The notes under the pieces: generated by a model | What the model was told of the DNA's origin: nothing | The model's input: only the letters and a program-made list of their open reading frames with translations | Database searches by the model: none | Part shown: positions 52,917 through 62,140 of the stretch, piece after piece | Layout of the letters: each line of letters opens with the position of its first letter | How positions within the stretch are numbered: position 1 is the first letter of the stretch | Translations under genes and position numbers: made by a program | NCBI GenBank assembly: GCA_028285525.1 | Contig: JANQOZ010000004.1 | Coordinates: forward strand, 3,329-67,328 | Origin: Lysobacterales bacterium | Lineage (GTDB): Bacteria; Pseudomonadota; Gammaproteobacteria; Xanthomonadales; SZUA-38 | Direction: 5' to 3' | DNA length: 64,000 nucleotides

Positions 52917-54440
52917 TCACTGCTGCTCAAAGCTGTCGGAAAACAGCAGGTCTGGGAGTAGAAACTGCCCGAAGACCTCGATCTCGCGGAAGGCGAGATC
53001 TTCTCGGCTATCGTTGCCGTCCCAAACGGTCAAGAACTGACGGGTCTGGGAGTTGTACGCCATGTCTCCCCGGCCCGCGCCATACTGAGAATTGCCGTCC
53101 GGCCCCATTTGGCTAAGCCTTTCCCGCTCCAGGATGGGGAAACCGTTGGTGTTCAGCCGCTGGCCGTAGACTTCAAATTCGTTGTTGACCAGCAGGCCTT
53201 CGTTGTTCTCTCCGCGAAATACCAGCAGGTAAGCCCCGTCGACCGGATCGACCCGAAGGATTGGGTTTAGAGCCCAGTAGGTGTCACTGCCATCCGGGCC
53301 CATCGCCGTTACTCGGCGAGAAACATCCAGGAGTGATCCGTCCGGGCCGATTCGTTTGACCCAGATTTCCATGTCGTTCCGCACCGAACCACCGAAATCA
53401 TCGCTGCCGTTCCATGCCACCAGATACTCATTGGTGACGGGATTGTAGGCCGGGGATGCGTTGGTGCTGTCATAGCGCGTGTCGCCTGCAGGCCCAAGCG
53501 CGCTGATACGGATATCGTTGGGCCCCACCTCGTCACCGGTTGCCATGTCGATGAGCTGACCGTAAACCTCTACATCGCCATTCACCCCAGTGGCGGAGTC
53601 ATCGTCGCCCTCCCAGGTCACAAAGTAGTTGCCGTTTACCTCGTCAACCGCAATGGCGCAGTCGGCGGCGGTAAAGCTTGGGTTACCGTCGACGGCCCCC
53701 ATGTCACTGATGCGGATGACCCGCTCCAGCAGCAGGTTGCTGTCGCCGGCGATCCGCTGACCCCAGATCTCCGTCTCCTGATCCATCGTCACGCCGACAA
53801 TGTTGTCGCCGCTCCAGGTGACAAAAAACTCGTTCTGGCTGGCGCTGTAGGCCACCGCAGGCGTCTTGCCCTCGGCTTCCGTGTCGCCCTCCAGACCCAT
53901 GAAGCTGATCCGGAACTGTTCGTCCAGCGGGCTGGCGTCCGCGCCGAGCCGGCGCCCGAACACTTCGCGCTTGTCGTCCACCAGGGGCCCCGTGTTGTCG
54001 TCACCCCACCAGACAACCAGATACGTGTTGTTCTGAGAATTCCAGGCCACCTCCGGATTGAGCGCCTCAAAAAACCCGAGGCCTTTTGCTTCGTTGTTGT
54101 GCACAAGTTTGCCGGCCGAAAAATTGAGCACGTCCGGACCCATGCGGGAGACCCGTACCGGCGAGCCGATATTCCTTCCGGTGGTGCCGTCGATCCGCTG
54201 AGCGTAAATCTCGTCTTCGAGTACGGGTGCATTCACCGGCGAGTCACCCGACCAAACCACCAGAAACTCATTGTCGGAAGCGTTGTAGGCAATGCCGGGG
54301 TTGACCGCAACGTAACCCTCATCCAGCGCCGGCCCGGCGTCGGTGATACGAAAATCGTTGGGCCTCAGTTCGAGCCCAAGCGCCTGATGGCCCAAGGTCA
54401 GCACCAGCCAAAAACATCCCAGTTTTGCTACAGACATCAT
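52917..54440 (-). CDS. exported protein built of seven ~65-aa tandem repeats (propeller-like), C-terminal FSDSFE tag
   Basis: 507 aa. SD gggaga and a signal peptide. The repeat core is [FI]R[IV]S..G..G......P.VAYN...N.[YF]LV.W.G.........E[IV][YFW]GQR. Ends LLFSDSFEQQ. Confidence 0.75.
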   Translation of the reverse strand: MMSVAKLGCFWLVLTLGHQALGLELRPNDFRITDAGPALDEGYVAVNPGIAYNASDNEFLVVWSGDSPVNAPVLEDEIYAQRIDGTTGRNIGSPVRVSRMGPDVLNFSAGKLVHNNEAKGLGFFEALNPEVAWNSQNNTYLVVWWGDDNTGPLVDDKREVFGRRLGADASPLDEQFRISFMGLEGDTEAEGKTPAVAYSASQNEFFVTWSGDNIVGVTMDQETEIWGQRIAGDSNLLLERVIRISDMGAVDGNPSFTAADCAIAVDEVNGNYFVTWEGDDDSATGVNGDVEVYGQLIDMATGDEVGPNDIRISALGPAGDTRYDSTNASPAYNPVTNEYLVAWNGSDDFGGSVRNDMEIWVKRIGPDGSLLDVSRRVTAMGPDGSDTYWALNPILRVDPVDGAYLLVFRGENNEGLLVNNEFEVYGQRLNTNGFPILERERLSQMGPDGNSQYGAGRGDMAYNSQTRQFLTVWDGNDSREDLAFREIEVFGQFLLPDLLFSDSFEQQ

Positions 54441-54619
54441 GTTTCTCCCGACTAACCGGTCTTATTCGAGCTTACGTAACCGAGCCCGGCGAACGACAGG
54501 TCGAATCAGGTTTTTTCCGGATATTTCCGATTTTTTGAATCCGAATGGCCCGTTGCTGCGAATAACCATCTGTGCACACCCAAACTTTCCCTACAAACGC
54601 TGTCAGGAGACACAAAAAG

Positions 54620-55405
54620 ATGACATTGATGAGATTTGCACTAGCCTCGCTGCTGCTGGGCCTGAGCCTGGGCGGCCCGGCCGCGATTGCGGGCCACAAG
54701 ACCACCGGAAACATTGTTGAGGTTGCCCAGGAGGCCGGCCAGTTCAACACGCTGATCGCCGCCGCCAAGGCTGCTGGACTGGCCGGTGCGCTCACCGGCG
54801 AAGGCCCGCTCACGGTTTTTGCACCCACCGATGAGGCGTTTGCCGCGCTGCCCGAAGGCACCGTGGAAAGCCTGCTCGAGCCTGAGAACAAGGAACAGCT
54901 GGTGGCGATCCTGACCTATCACGTGGCTCCCGCTCGCCTGAAGGCCAGCGACGTTGTCGCCAGCGACACGATCGAGACGCTGAACGGCAAGCAGCCGGCA
55001 ATTTCGGTGAACGGCAGTCAGGTCAAAATCGACGGTGCCAACATCGTCAAGGTGGACGTTGCGGCCAGCAACGGCGTGATCCACGTGATCGACAAGGTGC
55101 TGCTGCCGCCGGCCGACCAGCCGCTCAGCAGCCGGTCGCGCGAGCTGTTTCAGATGGCCATCAGCCGCGGCGCTCCGCTGTTCAACCACGGCAACGCCCA
55201 GGCGTGCTCCGATGTCTATGAGATGACGGTTGCCAGCGTGCTGGCGCTGGACGAGTCGCTGAGCGACGACCATCGCCGCACTCTGAGCCGTGCCATGGCC
55301 CGTGCTGAGCGCACCCACAGCGCCCGCAGCCGAGCGTGGATCATGCGCGACGCGATTGACGCTGTGTATGATGACAACATGCCGATGCAGCTGTCCGCCA
55401 ACTGA
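54620..55405 (+). CDS. exported fasciclin (FAS1) domain protein with extra C-terminal helical domain
   Basis: Start at the ATG at 54620 after aggaga (MTLMRFALASLLLGLSLGGPAAIA). FAS1 motifs TVFAPTDEAFAALP and NGVIHVIDKVLLPP. Confidence 0.88.
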   Translation: MTLMRFALASLLLGLSLGGPAAIAGHKTTGNIVEVAQEAGQFNTLIAAAKAAGLAGALTGEGPLTVFAPTDEAFAALPEGTVESLLEPENKEQLVAILTYHVAPARLKASDVVASDTIETLNGKQPAISVNGSQVKIDGANIVKVDVAASNGVIHVIDKVLLPPADQPLSSRSRELFQMAISRGAPLFNHGNAQACSDVYEMTVASVLALDESLSDDHRRTLSRAMARAERTHSARSRAWIMRDAIDAVYDDNMPMQLSAN

Positions 55406-55430
55406 TTTTGCGCATGACGCTTCAAGAACT

Positions 55431-55455
55431 GTGGCCCGCAGCCTTTGCGGGCCAC
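55431..55455 (+). terminator. GC-rich hairpin after the fasciclin gene
   Basis: Perfect 10-bp stem gtggcccgca / tgcgggccac with a 5-nt loop, 26 nt after the stop. No clear U-tract. Confidence 0.55.
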
Positions 55456-55462
55456 AACCTCT

Positions 55463-55495
55463 CACCCTCTCGGCACTACGGGCCACCCTCTCGGC
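55463..55495 (+). promoter_or_regulatory. 12-bp direct repeat pair upstream of the ECF sigma gene
   Basis: caccctctcggc occurs at 55463-55474 and 55484-55495, starts 21 bp apart. Each copy is preceded by a cgggccac element (directly abutting the second copy, about 6 nt upstream of the first). The pair lies 50-85 bp upstream of the ATG at 55547. Confidence 0.35.
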
Positions 55496-55546
55496 GGTTA
55501 TCGATGCCGTTGCTGCTTTGCGCGGCGGGCAGTCGGGAGGCGCGAG

Positions 55547-56095
55547 ATGGATAGCAGCATTCTGCAGCGCATCGGCGCGGGCGATACAAGCGCCGTGCGC
55601 GAATGTGTCCTCGTCTACGGGGCCCGCGTCTGGTCAATCGCTCGCCGCTTCAGCGCCACGCCCGCCGACGCGGAAGACGCCGCGCAGGAGATTTTTGTAG
55701 CGCTTTGGAAGTCAGCGCATCGTTTCGATCCTTCGAAAGCTGAAGAGGGCACGTTTGTGACGATGATCGCCCGCCGGCGGATGATCGACGGCCTGCGACG
55801 TGCGCCGGCACCGGTCGACTCGATCGAGGACATGCCGAACCTGGAGCAGGTTTCGGCGGGCGGCGGCTTTGCCAGCGCCGAAGATTCTGCTGAAGCCGCC
55901 AGCATCAGCGAAGTATTGAAGACCTTCGACAGCCCCCAGCGCGAGGTGATTGTGATGGCGGTTTACGGCGGCTTTTCACATTCGGCAATCGCCGAGCGGC
56001 TCAAACTGCCGCTAGGCACGGCAAAAACCCTGCTGCGGCGGGGCATGGATGAAGTTAGGCGGGTCTTGAACCTGGCCAGGGAGGAGGCGCTATGA
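55547..56095 (+). CDS. ECF sigma-70 factor (SigK-like)
   Basis: Start at the ATG at 55547 after gggagg. Region 2 EDAAQEIFVALWKSAHRFDP...FVTMIARRRMIDGLRR. Region 4 FSHSAIAERLKLPLGTAKTLLRRGMDEVRR. Confidence 0.88.
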   Translation: MDSSILQRIGAGDTSAVRECVLVYGARVWSIARRFSATPADAEDAAQEIFVALWKSAHRFDPSKAEEGTFVTMIARRRMIDGLRRAPAPVDSIEDMPNLEQVSAGGGFASAEDSAEAASISEVLKTFDSPQREVIVMAVYGGFSHSAIAERLKLPLGTAKTLLRRGMDEVRRVLNLAREEAL

Positions 56096-56793
56096 GCCAA
56101 CCCAAGGACACACCGAGAAACGATACACCCAAGATGAATGAAGTTGATGAATACACCGCGGCAGCGCTCGACCGTCTGATGGAGGACGCAGCGCCCCTGC
56201 CGCCGCTGCCGCCTGAGCTGGCGGCAAAGGTAATTGCCGACGGCGAGGCGATGGTCAGTGGTTTTGCCGCGCCGGAGCCGACCGCACGTCGGCCGGATCG
56301 CCAAAGACCGCTGCGCTGGTGGCAGAATCCGCTGCCCGCCTGGGGCGCGGCGTTTGCCTGTCTGCTCCTGGCGCTGAGCATCATGCTTGCACCCGCTCGA
56401 TTTGAGCGGTCGTCGCCGGCTGAACTGGACGCGGCGCTGGCGGAGAACGCTGACGCGGTGGAGCTGAACTGGCAGGGCATGGGCGATCCGGATTTCGACG
56501 GCGTCACGGGCTACGTTCGCTGGGACAACTCGACGCAGCAGGGCGTGATGCGTCTGACGGGTCTGCCGGTCAACAATCCGACCGAGCAGCAGTATCAGCT
56601 TTGGATTGTTGATCCGCTGCGTGACAGCAACCCGATTGATGGCGGCGTCTTCAACATCACAGAAGGTGAGAACCTCGTGGCGATCGACGCCAAGCTAGAA
56701 GTCATCCGTCCGAAGGCGTTCGCCCTGACCCTGGAGCAGCCGGGTGGGGTGGTCGTCTCAGCGGGACCGCTGCTCGTGATCGCGAGCAGCTGA
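56092..56793 (+). CDS. anti-sigma factor, RskA (anti-sigma-K)-like
   Basis: ATGA overlap with the sigma gene. Single TM WGAAFACLLLALSIMLAP. The C-terminal YQLWIVDP...IDGGVF...AFALTLEQPGGVVVSAGPLL is typical of the RskA domain. Confidence 0.8.
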   Translation: MSQPKDTPRNDTPKMNEVDEYTAAALDRLMEDAAPLPPLPPELAAKVIADGEAMVSGFAAPEPTARRPDRQRPLRWWQNPLPAWGAAFACLLLALSIMLAPARFERSSPAELDAALAENADAVELNWQGMGDPDFDGVTGYVRWDNSTQQGVMRLTGLPVNNPTEQQYQLWIVDPLRDSNPIDGGVFNITEGENLVAIDAKLEVIRPKAFALTLEQPGGVVVSAGPLLVIASS

Positions 56794-56798
56794 CGGGC

Positions 56799-57461
<663 letters not shown>

Positions 57462-57540
57462 CTTGGCTATGGTGCTATTCAATATGCCTATTAGGTCGCG
57501 CGATGGATAGTCGCTATTCTCCCGGCTGGCCAAGGAGAGC

Positions 57541-58983
57541 GTGATGACCGACAACCTGTCGTGCAAAGTTCTGATCTGCGGTGGCGGCCCCAGCGGTCTG
57601 GCCGCGGCGCTGATGTTTCAGGCGAGGGGCTGGCGAGACATCGTGGTGGTCGAGCGGCGGCCTACCCCCGATCAGTTCGAGCGCAGCAAGGCCTTCAACT
57701 ACCAGCTTGATGGTCGCGGGCAGCGGCTGCTCAATGAGCTGGGTATCGGGCCCGAAACGCTGGAGCAATTCGGCCTGCCGAACGATCACTTTACGCTGAC
57801 CAATTTCCTGGCGGACGGGAAGGTCAAGGTGGTGCAGCCGCCGATCCTCGTGCCCGACCGGAAAACGCCGTACTGGATGACCCGCAACCGGCTGCTGGCC
57901 ATGCTTCATCAGTACATCGAAACAACGAACACCGAAGGAGCGATCCGGCTGCTGTACGGCCACAGCTTCGAGGGGCTTGAGCAGGCCGATGATGGACGCC
58001 TGGTGGCGCAGATCCGAAGTGAGGATGATGCCGTGCTCCGTTACGAGCCGGAGCTGCTCCTGGGCTGCGACGGCCTGCGCTCGCGAGTGCGTGAGGCGCT
58101 GGCCAGGCTGGCCGACGACCCGGATGCCTTCGACATGCTGCAGTTTCCGTCACCCAGCACGGGCCTCACCTATAAGGTGCTCAACCTTCCGCCGCAGTTT
58201 CCTGTTCGTACCGATCCGAAGGGCGTCCACGATCACGCCATGGCGTATGCGTTTATCTCGAACTACAGCGCGCCCGACGAGAAGCTCGCGCTATTTGCGC
58301 TGCCTGTGGCCAGTGCCGAGGACCCGCGCACCATCAACATCATCCTGAAGCCGGAGCACAAGTTCTGGCAGCTTGGGAGCGCGGAAGAGGTCACGGCGTA
58401 TCTCAAGGAAGGATTCCCGCAGCTGGCGATCGACGAACTCGTGCCGGAGGAGGAAATGGCGGATTTCGCCGCGCTCAAGCCCGGCCGGTTTCCGGCGCCA
58501 CAATACACCCGCCGGATTCACAGCGAGTTCGACCAGGGCAGGCAGCAGGCGCTGCTGATCGGCGACGCGGCACATGCGTTTCCGCCGGACCTCGGGCTCG
58601 GCGTCAACTCGGCGCTGGAGGACCTGTTCGAACTGAATCAGGCTTTGAACGCCGCCAGCGACAACGTGGCCGAAGCCAGCGCGGACTACGCCAAGGCGCG
58701 CGTACCGGAGAGTGAGGCGCTGGTGCAGCTCGTCCGACGGGTGCACCCGTATCAGTACAACCAGGACCCGTTACGCCTGAAGCTGTGGATGATGCGGTTT
58801 GTGTTCCAGCTCGGGCTGCACAAGCTATCCCGCGGCCTGGTGGAAATGCCTGGATTTATGCTGTCCCAAAAGCACCTGATGCCGTTCACGGAGATGTGGC
58901 GCCGCTTCCAGCGCGGTAACTACACGGTGATGGGGCTGGGGGTCGCCTCTGGATTGCTCCTTGGCCGGTTGCTGCTTGGGTAA
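57541..58983 (+). CDS. FAD-dependent monooxygenase (kynurenine 3-monooxygenase-like)
   Basis: 480 aa. Dinucleotide fold VLICGGGPSGLAAAL. GDAAHAFPPDLGLGVNSALED motif. Hydrophobic C-terminal tail. Confidence 0.88.
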   Translation: MMTDNLSCKVLICGGGPSGLAAALMFQARGWRDIVVVERRPTPDQFERSKAFNYQLDGRGQRLLNELGIGPETLEQFGLPNDHFTLTNFLADGKVKVVQPPILVPDRKTPYWMTRNRLLAMLHQYIETTNTEGAIRLLYGHSFEGLEQADDGRLVAQIRSEDDAVLRYEPELLLGCDGLRSRVREALARLADDPDAFDMLQFPSPSTGLTYKVLNLPPQFPVRTDPKGVHDHAMAYAFISNYSAPDEKLALFALPVASAEDPRTINIILKPEHKFWQLGSAEEVTAYLKEGFPQLAIDELVPEEEMADFAALKPGRFPAPQYTRRIHSEFDQGRQQALLIGDAAHAFPPDLGLGVNSALEDLFELNQALNAASDNVAEASADYAKARVPESEALVQLVRRVHPYQYNQDPLRLKLWMMRFVFQLGLHKLSRGLVEMPGFMLSQKHLMPFTEMWRRFQRGNYTVMGLGVASGLLLGRLLLG

Positions 58984-59015
58984 ATAAGACCTGAAAGCCG
59001 GCGCGCCCTTCGAGT

Positions 59016-59567
59016 TCAGGCCGGCACCCGATGCGTGGCCGCTACGCAGGAGGCCTGGTCGTAAACACCCGCCATCAGGTTCAGGGTCTTGGCGGCGCTT
59101 TCCAGGCTGGTGTTGGCAAAGACGCCTGTTGTAAGCGACGTCAGCAGCTCCTGCCGGAACTCAGCGTAGCGATCGGTCACCTTCTGGCCCAGGTCCGACA
59201 TCTGGTAGGTCACGCCCTTTTTTCCCGTCTCGGTCGTTTTCTCAATGAGTCCCGCTTTCAGCAGCTTGCGCACGCTGTACTGAAGGTTGGCCTGATCATC
59301 CCGATTCAGGAGGCGGCCGATCTCGGAAATGCTCTTCGGTCGCTCGTGCATGCGAATGACGTGCATCACGGCGGTATCGGAGCCTGAGAAGGCGCTGCCG
59401 TGGCAGCAGGCGAGGCAGTCGGACTGCCACCGTTCGAAGGCAGCGGACACCCGGATGAGCGAAAACTCAAGCTCCGTCAGCGCCACCTCCGCGTCATCGG
59501 TGGCCAGATGCCAGTGTTTGTCGAGTCGGCGCAGCTGGTCCCCAGCCTGGTTTTTCTTGGCGTTCAT
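59016..59567 (-). CDS. MarR-like winged-helix transcriptional regulator
   Basis: 183 aa. wHTH region SISEIGRLLNRDDQANLQYSVRKLLKAGLIEK. Divergent from a TonB receptor gene. Confidence 0.75.
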   Translation of the reverse strand: MNAKKNQAGDQLRRLDKHWHLATDDAEVALTELEFSLIRVSAAFERWQSDCLACCHGSAFSGSDTAVMHVIRMHERPKSISEIGRLLNRDDQANLQYSVRKLLKAGLIEKTTETGKKGVTYQMSDLGQKVTDRYAEFRQELLTSLTTGVFANTSLESAAKTLNLMAGVYDQASCVAATHRVPA

Positions 59568-59594
59568 TGCGCGACCTTTTTTGTTTGCTTGTAG

Positions 59595-59631
59595 AAATTT
59601 ACCGTTAACATTATGCTTAAATTTACGTTAA
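59595..59631. promoter_or_regulatory. candidate operator: two AAATTTAC(C)GTTAA repeats in the divergent intergenic region
   Basis: aaatttaccgttaa (59595-59608) and aaatttacgttaa (59619-59631), 24 bp apart, in an AT-rich 107-bp spacer between the MarR-like gene and the receptor gene. Confidence 0.4.
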
Positions 59632-59674
59632 AAACCGAATCACCCACTAACTGACCAATCTGAGGGGACATCAA

Positions 59675-62116
59675 ATGGGCCAGTGGAACGTTCGCAAATG
59701 CGGTATTGCTTTGCTTGTCGGTCTGACTGCGGCGGGAGCCGCGCAGGCGCAGGTTTTAGAGGAGGTTGTCGTAACAGCCCAGAAGCGGGAGCAAAGCCTG
59801 CAGGATGTCGGTATCGCCATTACCGCGTTCAGCGGAGCCCAGCTCGAAGCGCTGGGCGTCGAGGAGAGCTTCGACGTCGCGCTCTTCTCTCCCGGTGTTC
59901 ACATCTCCGGGAACCTGGCCGGCCAGAACACGCAGTTCACCATTCGAGGCGTGACCCAGAATGACTTCAACGACATCGTTGAAGCGCCTAACGCCGTTTA
60001 TCTCGACGACGGCTACATCGCGGTCGCTCAGGCCCAGACCTTTGCCGTCTTTGACGTTGACCGTGTCGAAATCCTCAAAGGCCCCCAGGGCACGCTGTTT
60101 GGACGAAACGCCACCGGCGGCCTCGTGCACTACCTGTCGCGGAAGCCGAGCTTCGATGAAAACTCTGGTTTTCTGGACGTGACCTATGGCCAGTTCGACA
60201 GTAACGCTGATGCCGACCAGATCCGCGTTGAGGGTGCGATCGGCGGACCGCTGTCCGATCGCGTCGCGGGTCGCGCCGCGTTCCTCTATAACGATATCGG
60301 GGGTTACCTCAATAACCTGTACCCATTCGCCGCGCCTCCGGGCGGCCCGGGTGCAGCGTCACCAGGACCTGGCTCTGGCGCCGACATGGGTGACAACGAA
60401 ACGATCGCCATCCGCGGCACGCTCGATTTTCAGATCAGCGACAAGCTGCTGTTCCGGGTTTCTGCCAACTACGCTGACAGCGACGTCGCGACCGGGCCCT
60501 ATCAGTCCAAGTCTACGATTGGCGTTCTTGACGCCAACGGTGAGCTGGTCAACGTCATCGACACGCCACCCAACGAAACGCGACTGACCATCTTCGGCGA
60601 CCAGGACGGCGGTGCTGACGCCATCGATGGCGACCAGTTCCTGCCGGGTGGCGGCATCGGCCTGCCTGGGCGACCGGTACCGGGCGGCGACTTCTTTGGC
60701 TACCTGGATCCGGACGGTGACGACTTCGACACCAGCAGCGACTTTGCCTTCCAGGACCAGGGCTTCACCGAAACCTGGGGCATTAACGCTCGGTTCGAGT
60801 ACGAGATGGATAACGGCATGCTGCTCACCTCCATCACCGACTACAAAGACTACGAAAAGCTGTTGTTTATCGACGTGGATTCAGCGCCGGTGAACCAGCT
60901 GGCCAACTACGCGGGCGTGGACTCCAGCAGCTTCACCCAGGAAATCCGGCTGAACTGGGAAACCGACCGCACGCGCTGGGTCGCGGGCTTCTATTACCTC
61001 AACATCGATTCCATGTCCGACAACGGTCTGAAGGCGCCGGCCAACAGTATCGCCGGCAGCCCGCCTTTTGCGCCGGTCGACATCGGCGTCGTCGCTGATC
61101 TGGAAACCGATTCATACAGCCTGTTTGGTCAGGTGGAATACGACTTTACCGATCGCCTCACGGGTATCTTCGGCCTGCGCGCCATCCGCGAAGAGAAAGA
61201 CTTCAGCACCGGCATCGGCGTCTTCCTCTCGCAGGGCAACTTCACGGTCAACCAAGGTGACTTCCTGCCGAACGCCTTCGGCGCCGGTTCACCCTATTTC
61301 TTTGACGACTCACTGTCCGACACGCTTTGGGCCGGCAAGGCGCAGCTCGACTTCCGGGTGAATGACGACCTGCTGCTCTACGGCGGCATCAACCGCGGCG
61401 TCAAAGCCGCCAGCTACAACGCGCCGCTGCTGGGTGCATTCCTGGGCTCGGGCGGCAACGAAGCGCTGCCCTACGCTGAGGAAGAGCTGACCGCCTACGA
61501 GGCCGGCTTCAAGGCTACCTTCGGCGACGGCCGCAGCCGCTTGAACGGTACCGTCTTCTACTACGACTACACCGACTACCAGGCATTCCTGTTTGTCGGC
61601 GTCGGCGGCGTGGTGATCAACGCAGACGCTGACAACATCGGCGCAGAGCTGGAGTTTGTCACCTCACCGGCTGAGGGCTGGGATCTGCTGCTGAGCGTTT
61701 CGGCCTTCGACGCCACGGTTGAAGACGTGCTGCTGCGCAACGGTTCACCGCTGCCGCCGCGTGACGTCGATCCGACCTACGCGCCGGAATTTCAGGCGAC
61801 TGCGCTGGCACGCTACGAGTGGGAGGCGCTGGGCGGCATGATGCACGTGCGCGGAGACGTCAGCTACTCTGACGAGTTCTTCTACAACCTGCGCAACTTC
61901 GACGCCGACAAGTTTGACTCTTACACGCTGGTGAACGCGGCGCTGGGTTGGACCAACGCTGAGGAAAGCCTGAGCGTCACCCTGGACATCAACAACCTGA
62001 CCGATGAGCGTATCGGCATCCAGGGCTTTGACCTGGCCACGCTTTGCGGCTGCAACGAGGTGGCCTATCAGCCGCCGCGATTTGTCGGCCTCAGCGCCCG
62101 CTGGTCTTTCTTCTGA
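59675..62116 (+). CDS. TonB-dependent receptor
   Basis: 813 aa with a signal peptide. TonB box/plug LEEVVVTAQKREQSLQDVGIAITAF and VEILKGPQGTLFGRNATGGLVHY. Ends ...SARWSFF. Confidence 0.93.
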   Translation: MGQWNVRKCGIALLVGLTAAGAAQAQVLEEVVVTAQKREQSLQDVGIAITAFSGAQLEALGVEESFDVALFSPGVHISGNLAGQNTQFTIRGVTQNDFNDIVEAPNAVYLDDGYIAVAQAQTFAVFDVDRVEILKGPQGTLFGRNATGGLVHYLSRKPSFDENSGFLDVTYGQFDSNADADQIRVEGAIGGPLSDRVAGRAAFLYNDIGGYLNNLYPFAAPPGGPGAASPGPGSGADMGDNETIAIRGTLDFQISDKLLFRVSANYADSDVATGPYQSKSTIGVLDANGELVNVIDTPPNETRLTIFGDQDGGADAIDGDQFLPGGGIGLPGRPVPGGDFFGYLDPDGDDFDTSSDFAFQDQGFTETWGINARFEYEMDNGMLLTSITDYKDYEKLLFIDVDSAPVNQLANYAGVDSSSFTQEIRLNWETDRTRWVAGFYYLNIDSMSDNGLKAPANSIAGSPPFAPVDIGVVADLETDSYSLFGQVEYDFTDRLTGIFGLRAIREEKDFSTGIGVFLSQGNFTVNQGDFLPNAFGAGSPYFFDDSLSDTLWAGKAQLDFRVNDDLLLYGGINRGVKAASYNAPLLGAFLGSGGNEALPYAEEELTAYEAGFKATFGDGRSRLNGTVFYYDYTDYQAFLFVGVGGVVINADADNIGAELEFVTSPAEGWDLLLSVSAFDATVEDVLLRNGSPLPPRDVDPTYAPEFQATALARYEWEALGGMMHVRGDVSYSDEFFYNLRNFDADKFDSYTLVNAALGWTNAEESLSVTLDINNLTDERIGIQGFDLATLCGCNEVAYQPPRFVGLSARWSFF

Positions 62117-62140
62117 TACGGCTGATCAGGAGACGACACA

